Shown here one piece after another: positions 15,083 through 30,939 of a DNA stretch of 64,000 nucleotides. Source of the DNA: the human T2T-CHM13v2.0 reference genome, Homo sapiens; assembly GCF_009914755.1 (NCBI RefSeq), contig NC_060929.1; one strand, written 5' to 3'. The notes beneath the pieces are model-generated. The model was not told where the DNA came from and made no database searches. It saw only the letters and a program-made list of their open reading frames with translations. The number at the start of each line of letters is the position of its first letter. Positions within the stretch are counted from its first letter, which is position 1. Made by a program: the position numbers and the translations under genes.

Positions 15083-16520
15083 AATTCACGCACTTCCCAG
15101 CATCTGCTGAGCACCAACTGTGTATTCCACTGTGCTCAGGACCTCAGGCAGGGCGGTGTTGAAGATGTCACTCCCACGTGCAAACAAAGGCAGGAGGTGA
15201 GCAAACTTTTGGGGTGATTGTGGAGGTCGCCCTGGATCCTGCTAAGGGCTTCAGAGACACCAGAGTGAATCTAATGGCCCTGAGGACACAATGCAGGCTC
15301 TGAGCAACTAAACAGCATCATCAGAACCACACTTCCACAAATGAACCTTGCCGTTCAGTAACGATAATAGCTCCCTTTTATCCAATGCCTCCTCTGTGGC
15401 GGGAACATGAGGCACCTGATCGCATCTCCTTCCCCATAGTCCTCTGCAATACATGCCTGCATCTCGGTTTTAGACATGGCAGAATGGAGGCTATGAAATG
15501 TAAAATCTGAAAAGTGATACACCCAGAATATGTAACTCTTCTGACTGTTCTTGAGCTCATCCAACACATCCGGGTACCTACTGTGTGCCAGGCACTGTGA
15601 TAGACAACAGGTATGGAGAACGGCATTGACAGAGGCACTGATGCCTCAAATCTGACTTCTAACATCAAAGCCTCCCTGTGATATGGATCTGTGCTCCCAC
15701 CAAATCGCGTGTTGAACTGTAATTCCCAGTGCGTTAGGTGGGGCCTGGTGGGAGGTGATTGGGTTATGGGAGTGGTTTCTCATGAATGGTTTAGCACCAT
15801 CGCCCTTGGTACTGTCAATGATGGTAAGTGAGTTCTCATGAGCTGTGGTAATTTAAATCGTGCAGCACTTCCCCTTGCTCTCTCTTGCTCCTGCTTCAGC
15901 CATGTATGACATGCCTGCTTCCCCATCGTCTTCCACCATGATTGCAAGTTTCCTGAGGCCTCCCCAAAACACTGAGCAGGTGCCAGCACTGTGCTTCCTG
16001 TACAGCCTGCAGAACTGTGAGCCAATTAAACTTCTTTTCTTTATAAATTACTCAGTCTCAGGTATTCCTTTTTAGCAATGCAAGAATGAACTAATACACC
16101 CTCCCTCCACTCCACTGCGGCTCCCAGATCTTGTGGTCCGGAGTCAAATAGCAGGGGCCTTGCCAATGGAAAGCTGCCTGGGAGGAATGTGGGGCACAAG
16201 CTGGTGGCATTGAGGAGAGAGAAGGAAGTGAAATCTGGAAATGTTTCAAGGTAGAACTGATGGCAGATAAGACATGGCTTCTCCTCGAATGTAGACGTGA
16301 GAGACAAGAATCAAAGATGAGCCTCCTTTTTCAGCTTGAGAGAGAAGGCAAGTTGTCAGACTGGTTGACAAAAATATAGATATCAGGATAAGGTCCATTC
16401 ATAGAAGATGTAGGTAATGTTGGTTCTGGAAAGTTGAGTTTGTGGCTAAAGATTCCAGATTCTAAGATTCAGGAAGCAGAATGCAGGACCTCCAGAATGA
16501 ATGCAGAGGAGACTGTCTAG
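15083..16520 (-). mobile_element. L2 fragments (about 15083-15150, 15555-15640, 16190-16520), interrupted by MSTA
   Basis: tacctactgtgtgccaggcactgtg (L2 3' end) and ggaaatgtttcaaggtagaactga...gaatcaaagatgagcc. Confidence 0.55.
15679..16098 (+). mobile_element. MSTA-type MaLR solo LTR
   Basis: tgatatgg...catgaatggtttagcaccatc...gaatgaactaataca; TSD ccctg/ccctc. Confidence 0.9.
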
Positions 16521-17239
16521 GAACACCCATGGGGTGTGGCACACACCTGCCCAGAAGAAGGATTTAAACCCTGTGAAGCACGAGGTCGTCTGAAGGGAGT
16601 ACAGAGTGGGAAAGGAGGGAGGCTGGGGCAGGCTTCTGGGAGAGACCCCAGGAGGGAAGAGAAGGCTGAGACAAGGAAGCCGCACGCAGAGGTAGGTGAG
16701 GGCTGGGGAAGCCAGGGAGCCGAGCGTGTCTCTGAAGGGGCAGGAAGAATGGACCCCATGGCAAATCTCATCAACAGAGGGAGCTCTCCTCTGGGTCTGA
16801 TGAGCACGAGGCCACCAGCAAACTTTAAAGGGCAGTTTCAAGAGACTTGTGACCCTGACTTCAAGGAGTTCAAGACGTCAGGGTTGGTGAGGACTTGCAA
16901 AGAGGGGGCAGGCCACCCTCCAGGAACCACGGGAGGGAGTGGGGTGCAGCCTGTGGGTCTCCCGGAAGCTGTCAGGGTGAGAGAGGCCTCTTTTGGGATG
17001 GGGATTCCTGGCTGATATGAAGGCCTCAGTAGACAGAAAGAGTAGGATGCAAGAAATCTAGGGGAAAATGAACTAAGAAGTTTTTGATGACAGAGAACAG
17101 GGTGGGCTTAGAGAAAAAGGAAAGAACAGGGTGTGATGAAGTGGTAGGAAAAGAGAATCAGACTCATCAATGCAGAATAACAAGAATGTACATAAGGGGA
17201 ATGAGAAGGAGGCTAGGATGAACATCCTGGACCTCAGCA

Positions 17240-17930
17240 GAGGTAAAGGGTGAAAGTTACAGTTATGCAGGATGAATGAACCTGGAGTCTAATGAGGGAT
17301 CCACAGGGGGATCTGCCATGTACCATGAGGGATCCATCCACAGGTGACTCCACCGCGTGCCAGGAGGGATCCACAGGGGACTCCGCCGCATGTCCGGAGG
17401 GATCCACAGGGGACTCCGCCGCGTGTCCGGAGGGATCCACAGGGGACTCCGCCACGTGTCCGGAGGGATCCACAGGGGACTCCGCCGCGTGTCCGGAGGG
17501 ATCCACAGGGGACTCCGCCGCGTGTCTGGAGGGATCCACAGGGGGATCTACTAAGTGTCAGTAGGGATCTTCAGGGGCATCTACTACATGCCAGGAGGTA
17601 CCTTCAGGGGGATCTACCACGTGTCAGGAGGGATCCACAGGGTGATCTACCATGAGCCAAGAGGGACCTCTAGGGAAATCTACCACATGCCAGGAGGGAT
17701 CTGTTACAGCATGAAAACTAGAGATAATAATATTGTATTGTGTACTGAAAATTTGCCAAGAGAATCAATTTTAGCTGCTACAAACAAACAAATAAAAAAG
17801 GTAACTATGGAAGGCGATGGATGGGTTAAGTTCCTGACTTCGTCATCATTTCACTGTGTATATATGTATATCAAAGCATCATGTTATACAACCTTAAATA
17901 CATAAAATTAAAAATAAATTTAATAAAAAA
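17240..17930 (+). mobile_element. L1MA/L1MB-type 3' UTR fragment interrupted by a VNTR
   Basis: aaagttacagttatgcaggatgaa | VNTR | tacagcatg...aataatattgtattgtgtactgaaaatttgccaagaga...A-rich end. Confidence 0.75.
17294..17702. repeat. 33-bp GC-rich VNTR, about 12 copies
   Basis: Core unit gagggatccacaggggactccgccgcgtgtccg; units start at 17294, 17327, 17364, 17397, 17430, 17463, 17496, 17529 and on to 17694. Confidence 0.97.
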
Positions 17931-19779
17931 CTCTGATGCCATTCTTATTCCTGAAACATGACATTTTGATGAGAAATGTTGAAGAAGAAACACAAATTCA
18001 ACACGACTCGGAGTACAAAACCCCTCGGGCCGTCATGTTTTCAGAGGACCGCTGTCTGGAAGCCTCATCCAGGAGATGAGGTTTGAGGTGGGCCAGGCTT
18101 CCTCCTCCTGCCCTGTCAGCCTTCCCTCCCCAGCCCACTCCGCCTGCAGCCTCCTGGGTCTTGCTCCAGGAAGACTGTCAGCAGAAGAGGAGGCCAGCAA
18201 GGATAGGAGGGATGGGGGATTTGAAGAAAAGCCCCTGCATTGGGGGCCCACTGAGCTGGGAAAGAGGGAGTTGCATGCGAACAAGTGCTTGTGCTGGCAG
18301 CCGTGAGGCACCAGCGCCGTAGAATCTGCCAGGGGAATGGCCCCATCCATGTCACATGAATGTCCTAGAGGCCATTGGAGGCACAGCCTGTGCTAGAAGC
18401 TGCAGAAGGTCAGAGGCTGCACCCCAGCTAGGAAATGCTCAGGGACATGTGTTTATTCCACATTTCCCCCAATCAGAGTTAGAGACCATATTATTGGGGC
18501 CTTGCTGGCTACAGGTGAGGACAGACTTGAGGACATAGTCATGGGAGCATGTGGCTGCCATGAGAAAGAATTTTAAAAACATAATTTTCCCTTCTCCACA
18601 GAATATGTTAAAGCTGCATCCATAGGCCTCCAAGGATAACTATGGGATCACGTCTGTCTGAGTTTCAATGGTAGAGGTCTCCTTAGGCCAGGCACGCCAG
18701 AAAATAGGTGCTGAGCCTGCATTTAAGAGGTGGCAATTTCAAGGAGTGTGATGCAGGGCAGGGGCAGGTGGGAAACAAGCAGTGAGGAAGGCGAGGCACA
18801 GGTTCAAGGTTGAGCACTTCTGATCTGGCCCAGCCGCACCAGGGAAGTCAGGGGCTCAGCTCTGGGCAGGGCGTGTGAAACCACCTGCTGAGAACAGCCC
18901 CAGGTGGTTGCAGAGGTTAGAAGGGAGGGAAATTTATCCGCTGGCTTCCAAGACGGCCCAGATGGCCCAGTATTTGCCCCAGGGGCCCTCCTTCCAGCAC
19001 CTCCAGGCTGTGGCACTTACCCCTGGGTGGCTGGTCCCAGGTCCGTGGAGCCCTGGAGAGGCGGAGCTGCCAGGGCCTCTCCCTGATCTCCAGGGGGATC
19101 AGGGCTGGTGGCTTGAGTCCATGCTGAGCCCGGCCGTCAGATCCCCAGAGAGCAGGCAGCAGGGGCGCTGCATGGAGATGTCTGCACTGGGGCCTGGGAG
19201 GAACTGGAGGCTGCCAGAAACTGGACATGGAAATTAGGTCTAATAGAGAGGGGGAGTAAAACTCTGTGTCTCTCCTTCCACTTTCATTTATACCAGGTTA
19301 CACATCCTCTGGTTTTGAGCTGATCTAAGTGGGTTTTCTGTCCCTGACAAGGTATGCGATCCTGTTGGGTGCTGAGTTGGAAGAAAAGACACATGACTGT
19401 GAATATTCCTCAGCATGGCCCCCAGGAGCCCGGAGGCTGCAGGCGCAGCGGCCCTGCCACGGACCAGTCCTGTCGTGCAGTGCTGGTGCTTCTCAGCCCT
19501 GCTGGCAAGCTAAGGCCGAGGGTGTGGACACCGTCCAGACCCACCGTCCTGCAACACATGCTTGGGGGCCAAGACTCCGTGGCATGGCTGAGACCAGTGC
19601 TGAGAGGAGGGCTTGGCCTGCTGGAGGGGGAAGCAGAGGCAAGATCATGGTGGAGGTGGCTCTGTGAGAGGGATTGGGCCAGGTCCCCAAAAAAATGCAC
19701 CTGCTTGCATGGAGGCTGTGCAGTGGGGGCAGTTAGATGAGTCAGATGGAGATAGGCAGGGGAGAGCCATGTTAGGACA

Positions 19780-20438
<659 letters not shown>

Positions 20439-20599
20439 AGGAGGTTTGACTTTAATATTCAGGCTGAACATGGGCTGCAAAGAGGTAGAGAGGGCAGGAC
20501 GGGGGAAGAGGAAGAAGGAAGAGCAGATGGAACCAGCAGCTGCCATGTTCTGCATCCACAGCTACACCGCTGCCCACCCTCATCTGTCTAATACCTACC

Positions 20600-20712
20600 C
20601 ACCCGTGCTGTTCAGACAAGGAAACCGCTACCTCGGTGGAGTAACTTACCAAGATCCATTGCACAGAGAGCAGCACTGGGCTCAATGTAGGCAGGTCTAT
20701 TTCCATGCCCCA
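20600..20712 (-). mobile_element. MIR fragment
   Basis: ttcagacaaggaaaccg...gagtaacttaccaagatcc. Confidence 0.45.
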
Positions 20713-22019
20713 TCCATGATATTCCACCTGCAGGGAGAACGAGGATGGAGCTTGCTTAAATTTGTCATGAAATGGACAGTTTAAGTGAAACCGTTTGACT
20801 GTTTTTGCTGCATAAGCCTTAGTGTTTCTTTTCAGTCTGCAAGATGAGCACCATTGGAGAAAAAATAACTTCCAGACATCAGCTACCCAGGTGAAGAACA
20901 AGGGCTCCTTTCTCTGCCTGGGTTTGGCAGGTGTCTGATTTTTATCACATGGCATTAATGTATGGCTCTGCACTCTGGGCCACTGTTATGAATTATCATT
21001 TCCCATGTCTCCAGCACCTGGAAAGATGGTTTACTACATTGAAAGAAATAATAATTCAGGTATGTATTGACAAGCAAAGCAGTATATACTCACTCCATGT
21101 GAAGGGAGATGAATATCGCTCAGCGTTATTTAAATAATAGGTATCTCAATAGACATACAAATCTAAGTGGACTTAATCCATGTCTATTTGACTGACAAGC
21201 ACGTAATCCATGCTGTGTGGCCTCAAATTGACCATAGAACAATTGATGTGGCGGTTTTGAATTGTTGATCAACGGCACAGCCATTGATGGAATCCACTGT
21301 GCCATGACCTGTGGGACTGGAACCTGGATCCAGAGTACCTCCGTTTAAAGAAACCGTAAGTTAGCAATCCGGCTTTCTAAATTATTTTTTAAACTATGTC
21401 CCAAGCCTTAAAACTCTGTTTGCCCTCAGTCATAGAAATAAACATATCTTTCTTTGGTTTCTTTCTGTTTTAGTGATGACACAAAAACAGTGTAACTGTA
21501 TCAAAAATAAGTCGATTGCATTTGAAATTCTGGATGTTTTTGGAAAAGAATGACATAGGATGAAAGTTTGGAAATAGAATTTTGAGGTATATGTGAGAGG
21601 GGGCAATAGAAGCCATCACTGTTCATTCTTTTGGGATTTTCAGTTTCAGCCCCTGAAATACTGTGCAGGAACCTTGCGGTAAATTTTTCACAACATTCCC
21701 TGCCTTAAAAACCCCCCGGCAGGACCTTTTCTCCTAGGTCCTGCACGGCTCTGAGACAGCACGTCACAGGGGAATGTTATACACTGGTCTTGCTCACCAG
21801 CTGGTCAATCAATGATGCCCTTTTGTTGAACATCTCTCCAGCACACATCCTCCAGATTCACAGATAGTCAAAAGAAGCCCCAGGTAGGATCAGGAAAGTG
21901 GGGTATCTGCAGAAGACAGGCCTGCAAGTTTAATAAACTTTCTTGCTAGCATGACCAGAGTTAAGACTGTGTTTTCAAAAGGGATAGAGTGGTACAGACT
22001 AAAGTTAAATATTCATTTT

Positions 22020-22920
22020 TTAAGAAGCTTTAATATACAATCATATAAAATGGCAAAAATACACAAATGGGATAGTAACATAAGGCCAAGTTATCATGCA
22101 GTTTTTCTTTCCTTTTGAGTTCATCACTGCCACACATCTTGTTCCCTCCTCACTTGCCTCCCAGCCAGCCCCATGTCTTCCACCCCAGAGAGTCCACTGT
22201 CATCCCCGGGTGCTCATGCTTTCAGATTTCCTATTGTTCATACAGTCCATAGAAACATATATTTACACACAGAGTAAGGCCCCTTTGCTTGCCTTACAGA
22301 AGTGAGACCACATACTACAGACCTTTTTGTCCCTTTTGCTTCATATTTAGTAATATCTAACAGATTTCACCTGGCATAACTCTAATTTAGTTTTCTGCAA
22401 GCAACCTGCAATGTTTTTGATATGGATGCGTTGTGACGTATTCATTTTGTTGCCAATGTTGGACACTCTGCAACACGGTAATAATATTTTTGTACTAAAA
22501 TATTTACATGACTATGCTTTTTATTTCTACCATAGCTTTTCAGGGGTGGACTTGCTGAATTGAAGCACATGTTTGTGAAGTTGATGAATGTGGCCAGAGC
22601 TTCCCAAAGGCTGTAACAACAAACATTCTTCCCACATCCTGTAGGCACTAGGTATCTTCTGGTTTATCGCCTCCATTTGCCAAGCAAGTAAGCATACAAT
22701 GATATTTCGCTGTTACTTTCATTCACGGGGATTTGAGCATCTTTTCACAGATGTGCTAGATACATGAGTTGCTTCTTTGTGAATCACATTTTTACGGGTT
22801 TTTGTTTTTTTATTTTGCCCATTTTTCTATTTGAAGTTTATCTTGTTTGGATTTCCAAGTTTTTTTTTTTCATTAAAATTATAAATAACACTCTTTCTGC
22901 CCTCTGCTTTGTAGACGTTC
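22020..22920 (-). mobile_element. Old L1ME-type fragments
   Basis: gggatttgagcatcttttcacagatgtg...ttgcccatttttctatt and ggacttgctgaattgaagcacatg, reverse L1M motifs. Confidence 0.55.
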
Positions 22921-22943
22921 TCCCATGACCGTTAGCTGACTTT

Positions 22944-23341
22944 TGCTGAAGTCTTTAAGCTGTCTATATTCTTACTTCCCCGCTCTGGACACGTAGTCAG
23001 TTTGTGCCCTCTCCATCTTGAAGGTGGCCATGTCTTTGTGACTTACTTTGACCAAAGGAAAGTGATTAGAAGTGAAGAGTTTAACTTCCAGCCTGAGGCT
23101 TGAAGCATAAGGATGCTATTTGCCATGGTTCCTTCCCTCTACCAGGGAGGTCAGTAACTTTCAACATGGTAGTACCTCTAAGAGCCTCCATCCCTGGATG
23201 ACAAGCTTATGAATGCGGGAGTCACCCACACCCAACGCTGACCCAAGGTACACATAGGGCCTGCACATTTGTTGTCTTTAGTTGCAGAAACAATTTTAGG
23301 TGTTGTCTAGTGCATTGTCCTAATTCATCCTGCCTGATATC
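22944..23341 (+). mobile_element. MLT1I-type LTR (5' LTR)
   Basis: ggtggccatgtctttgtgacttactttgaccaaaggaaagtg...catcctgcctgatatc, followed directly by gaaattgttac (MaLR internal start). Confidence 0.7.
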
Positions 23342-23704
23342 GAAATTGTTACATGGAACCAAGTTGCTTTACTGAAAAACAGAGAGAGAGAGAAATATGG
23401 ATAGATGAATAGAGAGAGACAGACAGGTGGATAGCTAGGTAGATATCTCATTGGTTTGGGACTGATTAACATGTGATAATGATGGAATTATCAATCTGTG
23501 AAAGAATGATGTTCATTGTATGGTGGCAAAATGTTTGAAAAACTATTACCTTTGGAAACTTGGGAGGTAATAATAAATGTGTAGCACTAAGGAAACAAGG
23601 CAGAAAATAAAAATATTTTCATGTATTTATGTTTCTGTTGTCTGCATTTAAAGGTTATTGAAAGAAAGACATTACCTCAAAAAATAATTAGTCCACTTGC
23701 AGGC

Positions 23705-26646
<2,942 letters not shown>

Positions 26647-26983
26647 AAGTCTCATTCTGGGCAGCTATAACACAGTACTGTAGACTGGTTGGCTTATAAA
26701 CAGAAATTTATTGTTTATAGTTAGGAAATAAGTAAATTTCCTAACAGTATGGTTAGGTTCTGGCTTTCAGATTGCTGACTGGCTTTCATATTGCTGGCTT
26801 ATTGTATCTTCACATGCCGGAAAAAAAGCAAGAGCTGTCTCTGGGATCCCTTTTTCAAGGACACAAATCCACCTCATAACCTAATTACTTCAAAAGGCCC
26901 CACCTCCTAATGCCATCACACTGGGGGTATGGATTTCAACATATGAATTTGGGCATCAGGGCATAAACATTCAGTCCATATTA
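26647..26983 (-). mobile_element. MLT1A/MST-type solo LTR inside the L1 3' end
   Basis: gcagctataaca...ggccccacctcctaatgccatcaca...aacattcagtccata; flanked by agatg on both sides. Confidence 0.8.
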
Positions 26984-26992
26984 AGATGATTA

Positions 26993-27311
<319 letters not shown>

Positions 27312-28085
27312 GAATGTACAATTTTGAGAACTTTTAGTGTTGAAAGAGGTAATTACCTCTTACCCTCAAATGCTGGAGATAAAATTAAGAAAGTCTTGAA
27401 GCAACAAAGGGGAACTGGAACATAGCTTTGTAGCAAAGATTACATTAAGAACATGGTCATTACACACTTTCTGGAAAGTTCTGAATGAGGGGATTTCAGA
27501 GTAGAGAAACAATAGAGAGCAGAGAAACAATAGAGAGTATAGTGGTTGGCAAATACGCTAACTTTGAAAAAGCAGCAGAAGTGGAGAGGAGGCTAAATGC
27601 GTGGACCTGTCACCAAGGGTGATAAGCACTAGGCACCCAAAATGTCCTTAGAGATGAAGCATGGAGGAGAGAGAACAAATGTAAAATGTACCTCTGGATA
27701 GGAGCCATGAGTGTTGATCTTGGCACATGGAACTGACCAGAATGTAAGACAGACAGATGAGAAACTAACCAAAGTGCCGAGATGCTTATGCTGTCTAAAG
27801 AACAACCAGGCTGGACTGAGATTTCAGATAACCCTTCATCCTTAAATGTTTACAAGCAAGAAGTGGGATTAGAAGATGCTCAGCTTCTAAGAAAATCAAG
27901 ATCTTAATGTGGTCAAGGATGAAAATGAAGAAGACATAATCTTCTAAGAAATGAAGCCAATATTTACAGAAAAAAATGCATATAAAATCACTACCAAGGA
28001 ATAGAATTAGGGGCTAATCAAGAAAAATAAATTATATACTCCCAGGATAGGAAGCTCTCAAAATATTAGTCTGGAAAAGATTTCA

Positions 28086-28386
<301 letters not shown>

Positions 28387-28720
28387 TCATAACAAAAAAG
28401 AGTTCAAAATATGAACTGTTTGTGTCACGTTCTTTTCCTTTCCAGGTAAGAGTGTTTGTTGCCATTATCCTCTTCCTGTGTCACCATTGTATCCTGAGTC
28501 TGTTAGGCGTTGGGGGAGATTGATATAAGGTGTTGGGGTGGGAGTTACTGTAGCTTTCTCCTTAAATCCTACAGCTCATGATTTGAGGTGGAGGCTACAC
28601 TTCTCTATAGCAATCCTTAACTTTTGGTTTGATGTCATGACTAGATTTGAGAAGACACTGAGAGTATTTTGTGTGGAAGAAAAAATCAGCCAAATATCTG
28701 GTGACCAGAAGGGCGGAGTA

Positions 28721-29092
28721 TGTGGTCAGTAGTGCTATTTGTAAATATTTCTGGTTCTCCTCCTTTTGAGCTCATGGTAGGATTGTACTCTCCTCTCCTT
28801 TCTAAACCAGTCATGGGGTGAGTGGCTTGGACATCGAAATTTGAGCAACTCACCAGCATCACTTCAACAAGCCTTTTCAGGAGCCATGTAACCGAGTAAG
28901 CCATAGGACCAAGGAATGGCTTGTGATGTGTGCTCTCTGCTAAAGTGGCCAGTGACCTTCTAAGTTGGGACACCTCCAGTCACTCGAGATGGACACGTGC
29001 CCTGAGCGAAAAAAACCTTTGCCGCTTACGACAACTGAGATCTGGGTGCTACGTGTTACTGTGCCATGACTTGGCTCATTTTGACTGAAACT
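28721..29092 (+). mobile_element. MLT1I-type LTR (3' LTR)
   Basis: tgtggtcag...ttctcctcc...catggtaggattgtact...actgagatctgggtg...ttgactgaaac. Confidence 0.75.
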
Positions 29093-29131
29093 GCTGCTGA
29101 ATGTGTCTTATGTCTTTTCCTAGGCAAAAAC

Positions 29132-29324
29132 TTATTATTAATTATTATTATACTTTAAGTTCTAGGGTACATGTGCACAATGTGCAGGTTTGTTACATAT
29201 GTATGTATGTGCCATGTTGGTGTGCTGCACCCATTAACTCGTCATTTACATTAGGTATATCTCCTAATGCTATCCCTCCCCACTCCTCCCACCCCACAAC
29301 AGACCCTGGTGTGTGATGTTCCCC
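29132..29324 (-). mobile_element. L1PA4/5-like 3' end fragment
   Basis: tactttaagttctagggtacatgtgcacaa...; TSD agg(c)aaaaactt on both sides. Confidence 0.9.
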
Positions 29325-29360
29325 AGGAAAAACTTTTAAGGCCTTTCTTGTGGTTTCTTA

Positions 29361-29436
29361 TGTTCAGCTTCTCATTCTGAACCTCCAGGCTTCCGGTGTT
29401 CAGCTTCTTATTAGGAACCTCCGGGCTTCCGGTGTT
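29361..29436. repeat. 36-bp tandem duplication
   Basis: tgttcagcttct(c/t)att(ct/ag)gaacctcc(a/g)ggcttccgg at 29361 and 29397. Confidence 0.9.
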
Positions 29437-29853
29437 GTCTGGGAAGATCTCTCACATGCCAACATGTTCTTAGTCTTCATGATTCCCTCATCCTCCCTGG
29501 GATCAAATCCGGATCAGCCACCTTCGGTGTGTTCCAGCAGGAACCTCTCCCTCTACCCTGTCCCTTCCCCTACATCCTGTAAGAGAAATCAAGGGATCTG
29601 GTTGTTTTAGTGGAAGACAGAGTTGCTTAGATGCAGCTGGCTTTTCACTTTCTAGAAGAGTCTGGAATAGTGCACCTAGGGGAACACAGGGCCCTAGCGA
29701 CTCCCTCAAAGCCAAACCTGTCTCTCTTCTCCTTCCTGGGACTGCCAGATAGCCACAAACTGGATTTTCTTATCTTCACCTCTGAAAGCTCATTAATTAT
29801 TGTCCCTCAGAAACAGCTCTCTATCCACATAGCTTTATTCAAAAAGGTCATTC

Positions 29854-30064
29854 TTTTTTTTTATTATACTTTAAGTTTTAGGGTACATGTGCACAATGTG
29901 CAGGTTTGTTACATATGTATACATGTGCCATGTTGGTGTGCTGCACCCACTAACTCGTCATTTAGCATTAGGTATATCTCCTAATGCTATCCCTCCCCTT
30001 CCTGCCACCCCACAACAGGCCCCAGAGTGTGATGTTCCCCTTCCTGTGTCCATGTGTTCTCATT
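29854..30064 (-). mobile_element. L1PA2/3-like 3' end fragment
   Basis: aagttttagggtac, tttagcattagg and ccagagtgtgatg, diagnostics of younger L1PA. Confidence 0.9.
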
Positions 30065-30603
30065 AGGAGGAAGGAACCACTCTGAAAAACCTTCGTCACA
30101 CTATCACCGTCAGAGGCACTGAGATAGCAGCATGCTGCCCACCACGCCGACGTCTTTCTCCCTCCCTTCCTCCATGGAAAAGATCACGGACACTTTTTAT
30201 TTTATGGCAATTATACAGCAGATCTTTCAAAGCTAAAAATTCCCCCTAAGTCTGGAGGTTAATTTTTCCAATTTACTTTATTATAAATGGAAACAAGAGT
30301 CTGATCTCAAAAGGACTGAAAGACAAGAGAAAAAAAACTGACGTGTGCTAAAAGAGGGAAACAAAAGGTTCCTGTTCTCATAAGTCGAAAGCAACATTCC
30401 ATTCACAGAACACGTGAGGGGGAAAATGTGCTGAAGTGTTTTTTGATGTGGTCTAAGTGGTTCCTACTGTGAGAACTGTCACTGTCCTTGACACCCCAGT
30501 CTACAAAGGAGACTCTTTAACGGGATGACAACCTGAGTTTGTCTGAGTTCCATTTGGAAGTTTGGAAAGAAAGAAGATGGCTGAAGGGGCTCCCTCAATG
30601 GCT

Positions 30604-30939
30604 TTTATTTATTTAATTTAATTTTGTTTATTTATTTATCTATCTATGTATTTATTTTTGAGACAGTCTTGCTCTGTCACCCAGGCTGGAGTAGAATGGC
30701 ATGATCTCGGCTCACCGCAACCTCCACCTCCCTGGTTCAAGCCATTCTCCTGCCTCAGCTTCCCGAGTAGCTGGGGTTACAGGCACCTGCCATCCTGCCT
30801 GGCTAATTTTTGTATTTTTCCTAGAGATGGGATTTCACCATGTTGGCCAGGCTGGTCTCAAACTCCTGACCTCAGGTGATGCACCCAATTCCGCCTCCCA
30901 GAGTGCTGGGATTACAGGTGTGAGCCACCTTGCCCAGCC
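30604..30939 (-). mobile_element. Alu (AluSx-like) with (TTTA)/(TCTA) tail
   Basis: Degenerate TSD ccctcaatggctttt / ccctaatgggtttt. Confidence 0.93.

Noticed and set aside
17300-17545. CTCF-like ccacagggg(g) in VNTR units
   Set aside because: Spacing and the 3' GGC of the CTCF core do not match.
17234-17905. ORFs with 11-aa repeats; possible CRISPR-like array
   Set aside because: The 33-bp unit is a multiple of 3 and lacks stops. Units are contiguous with no unique spacers, there are no cas genes, and the DNA is primate.
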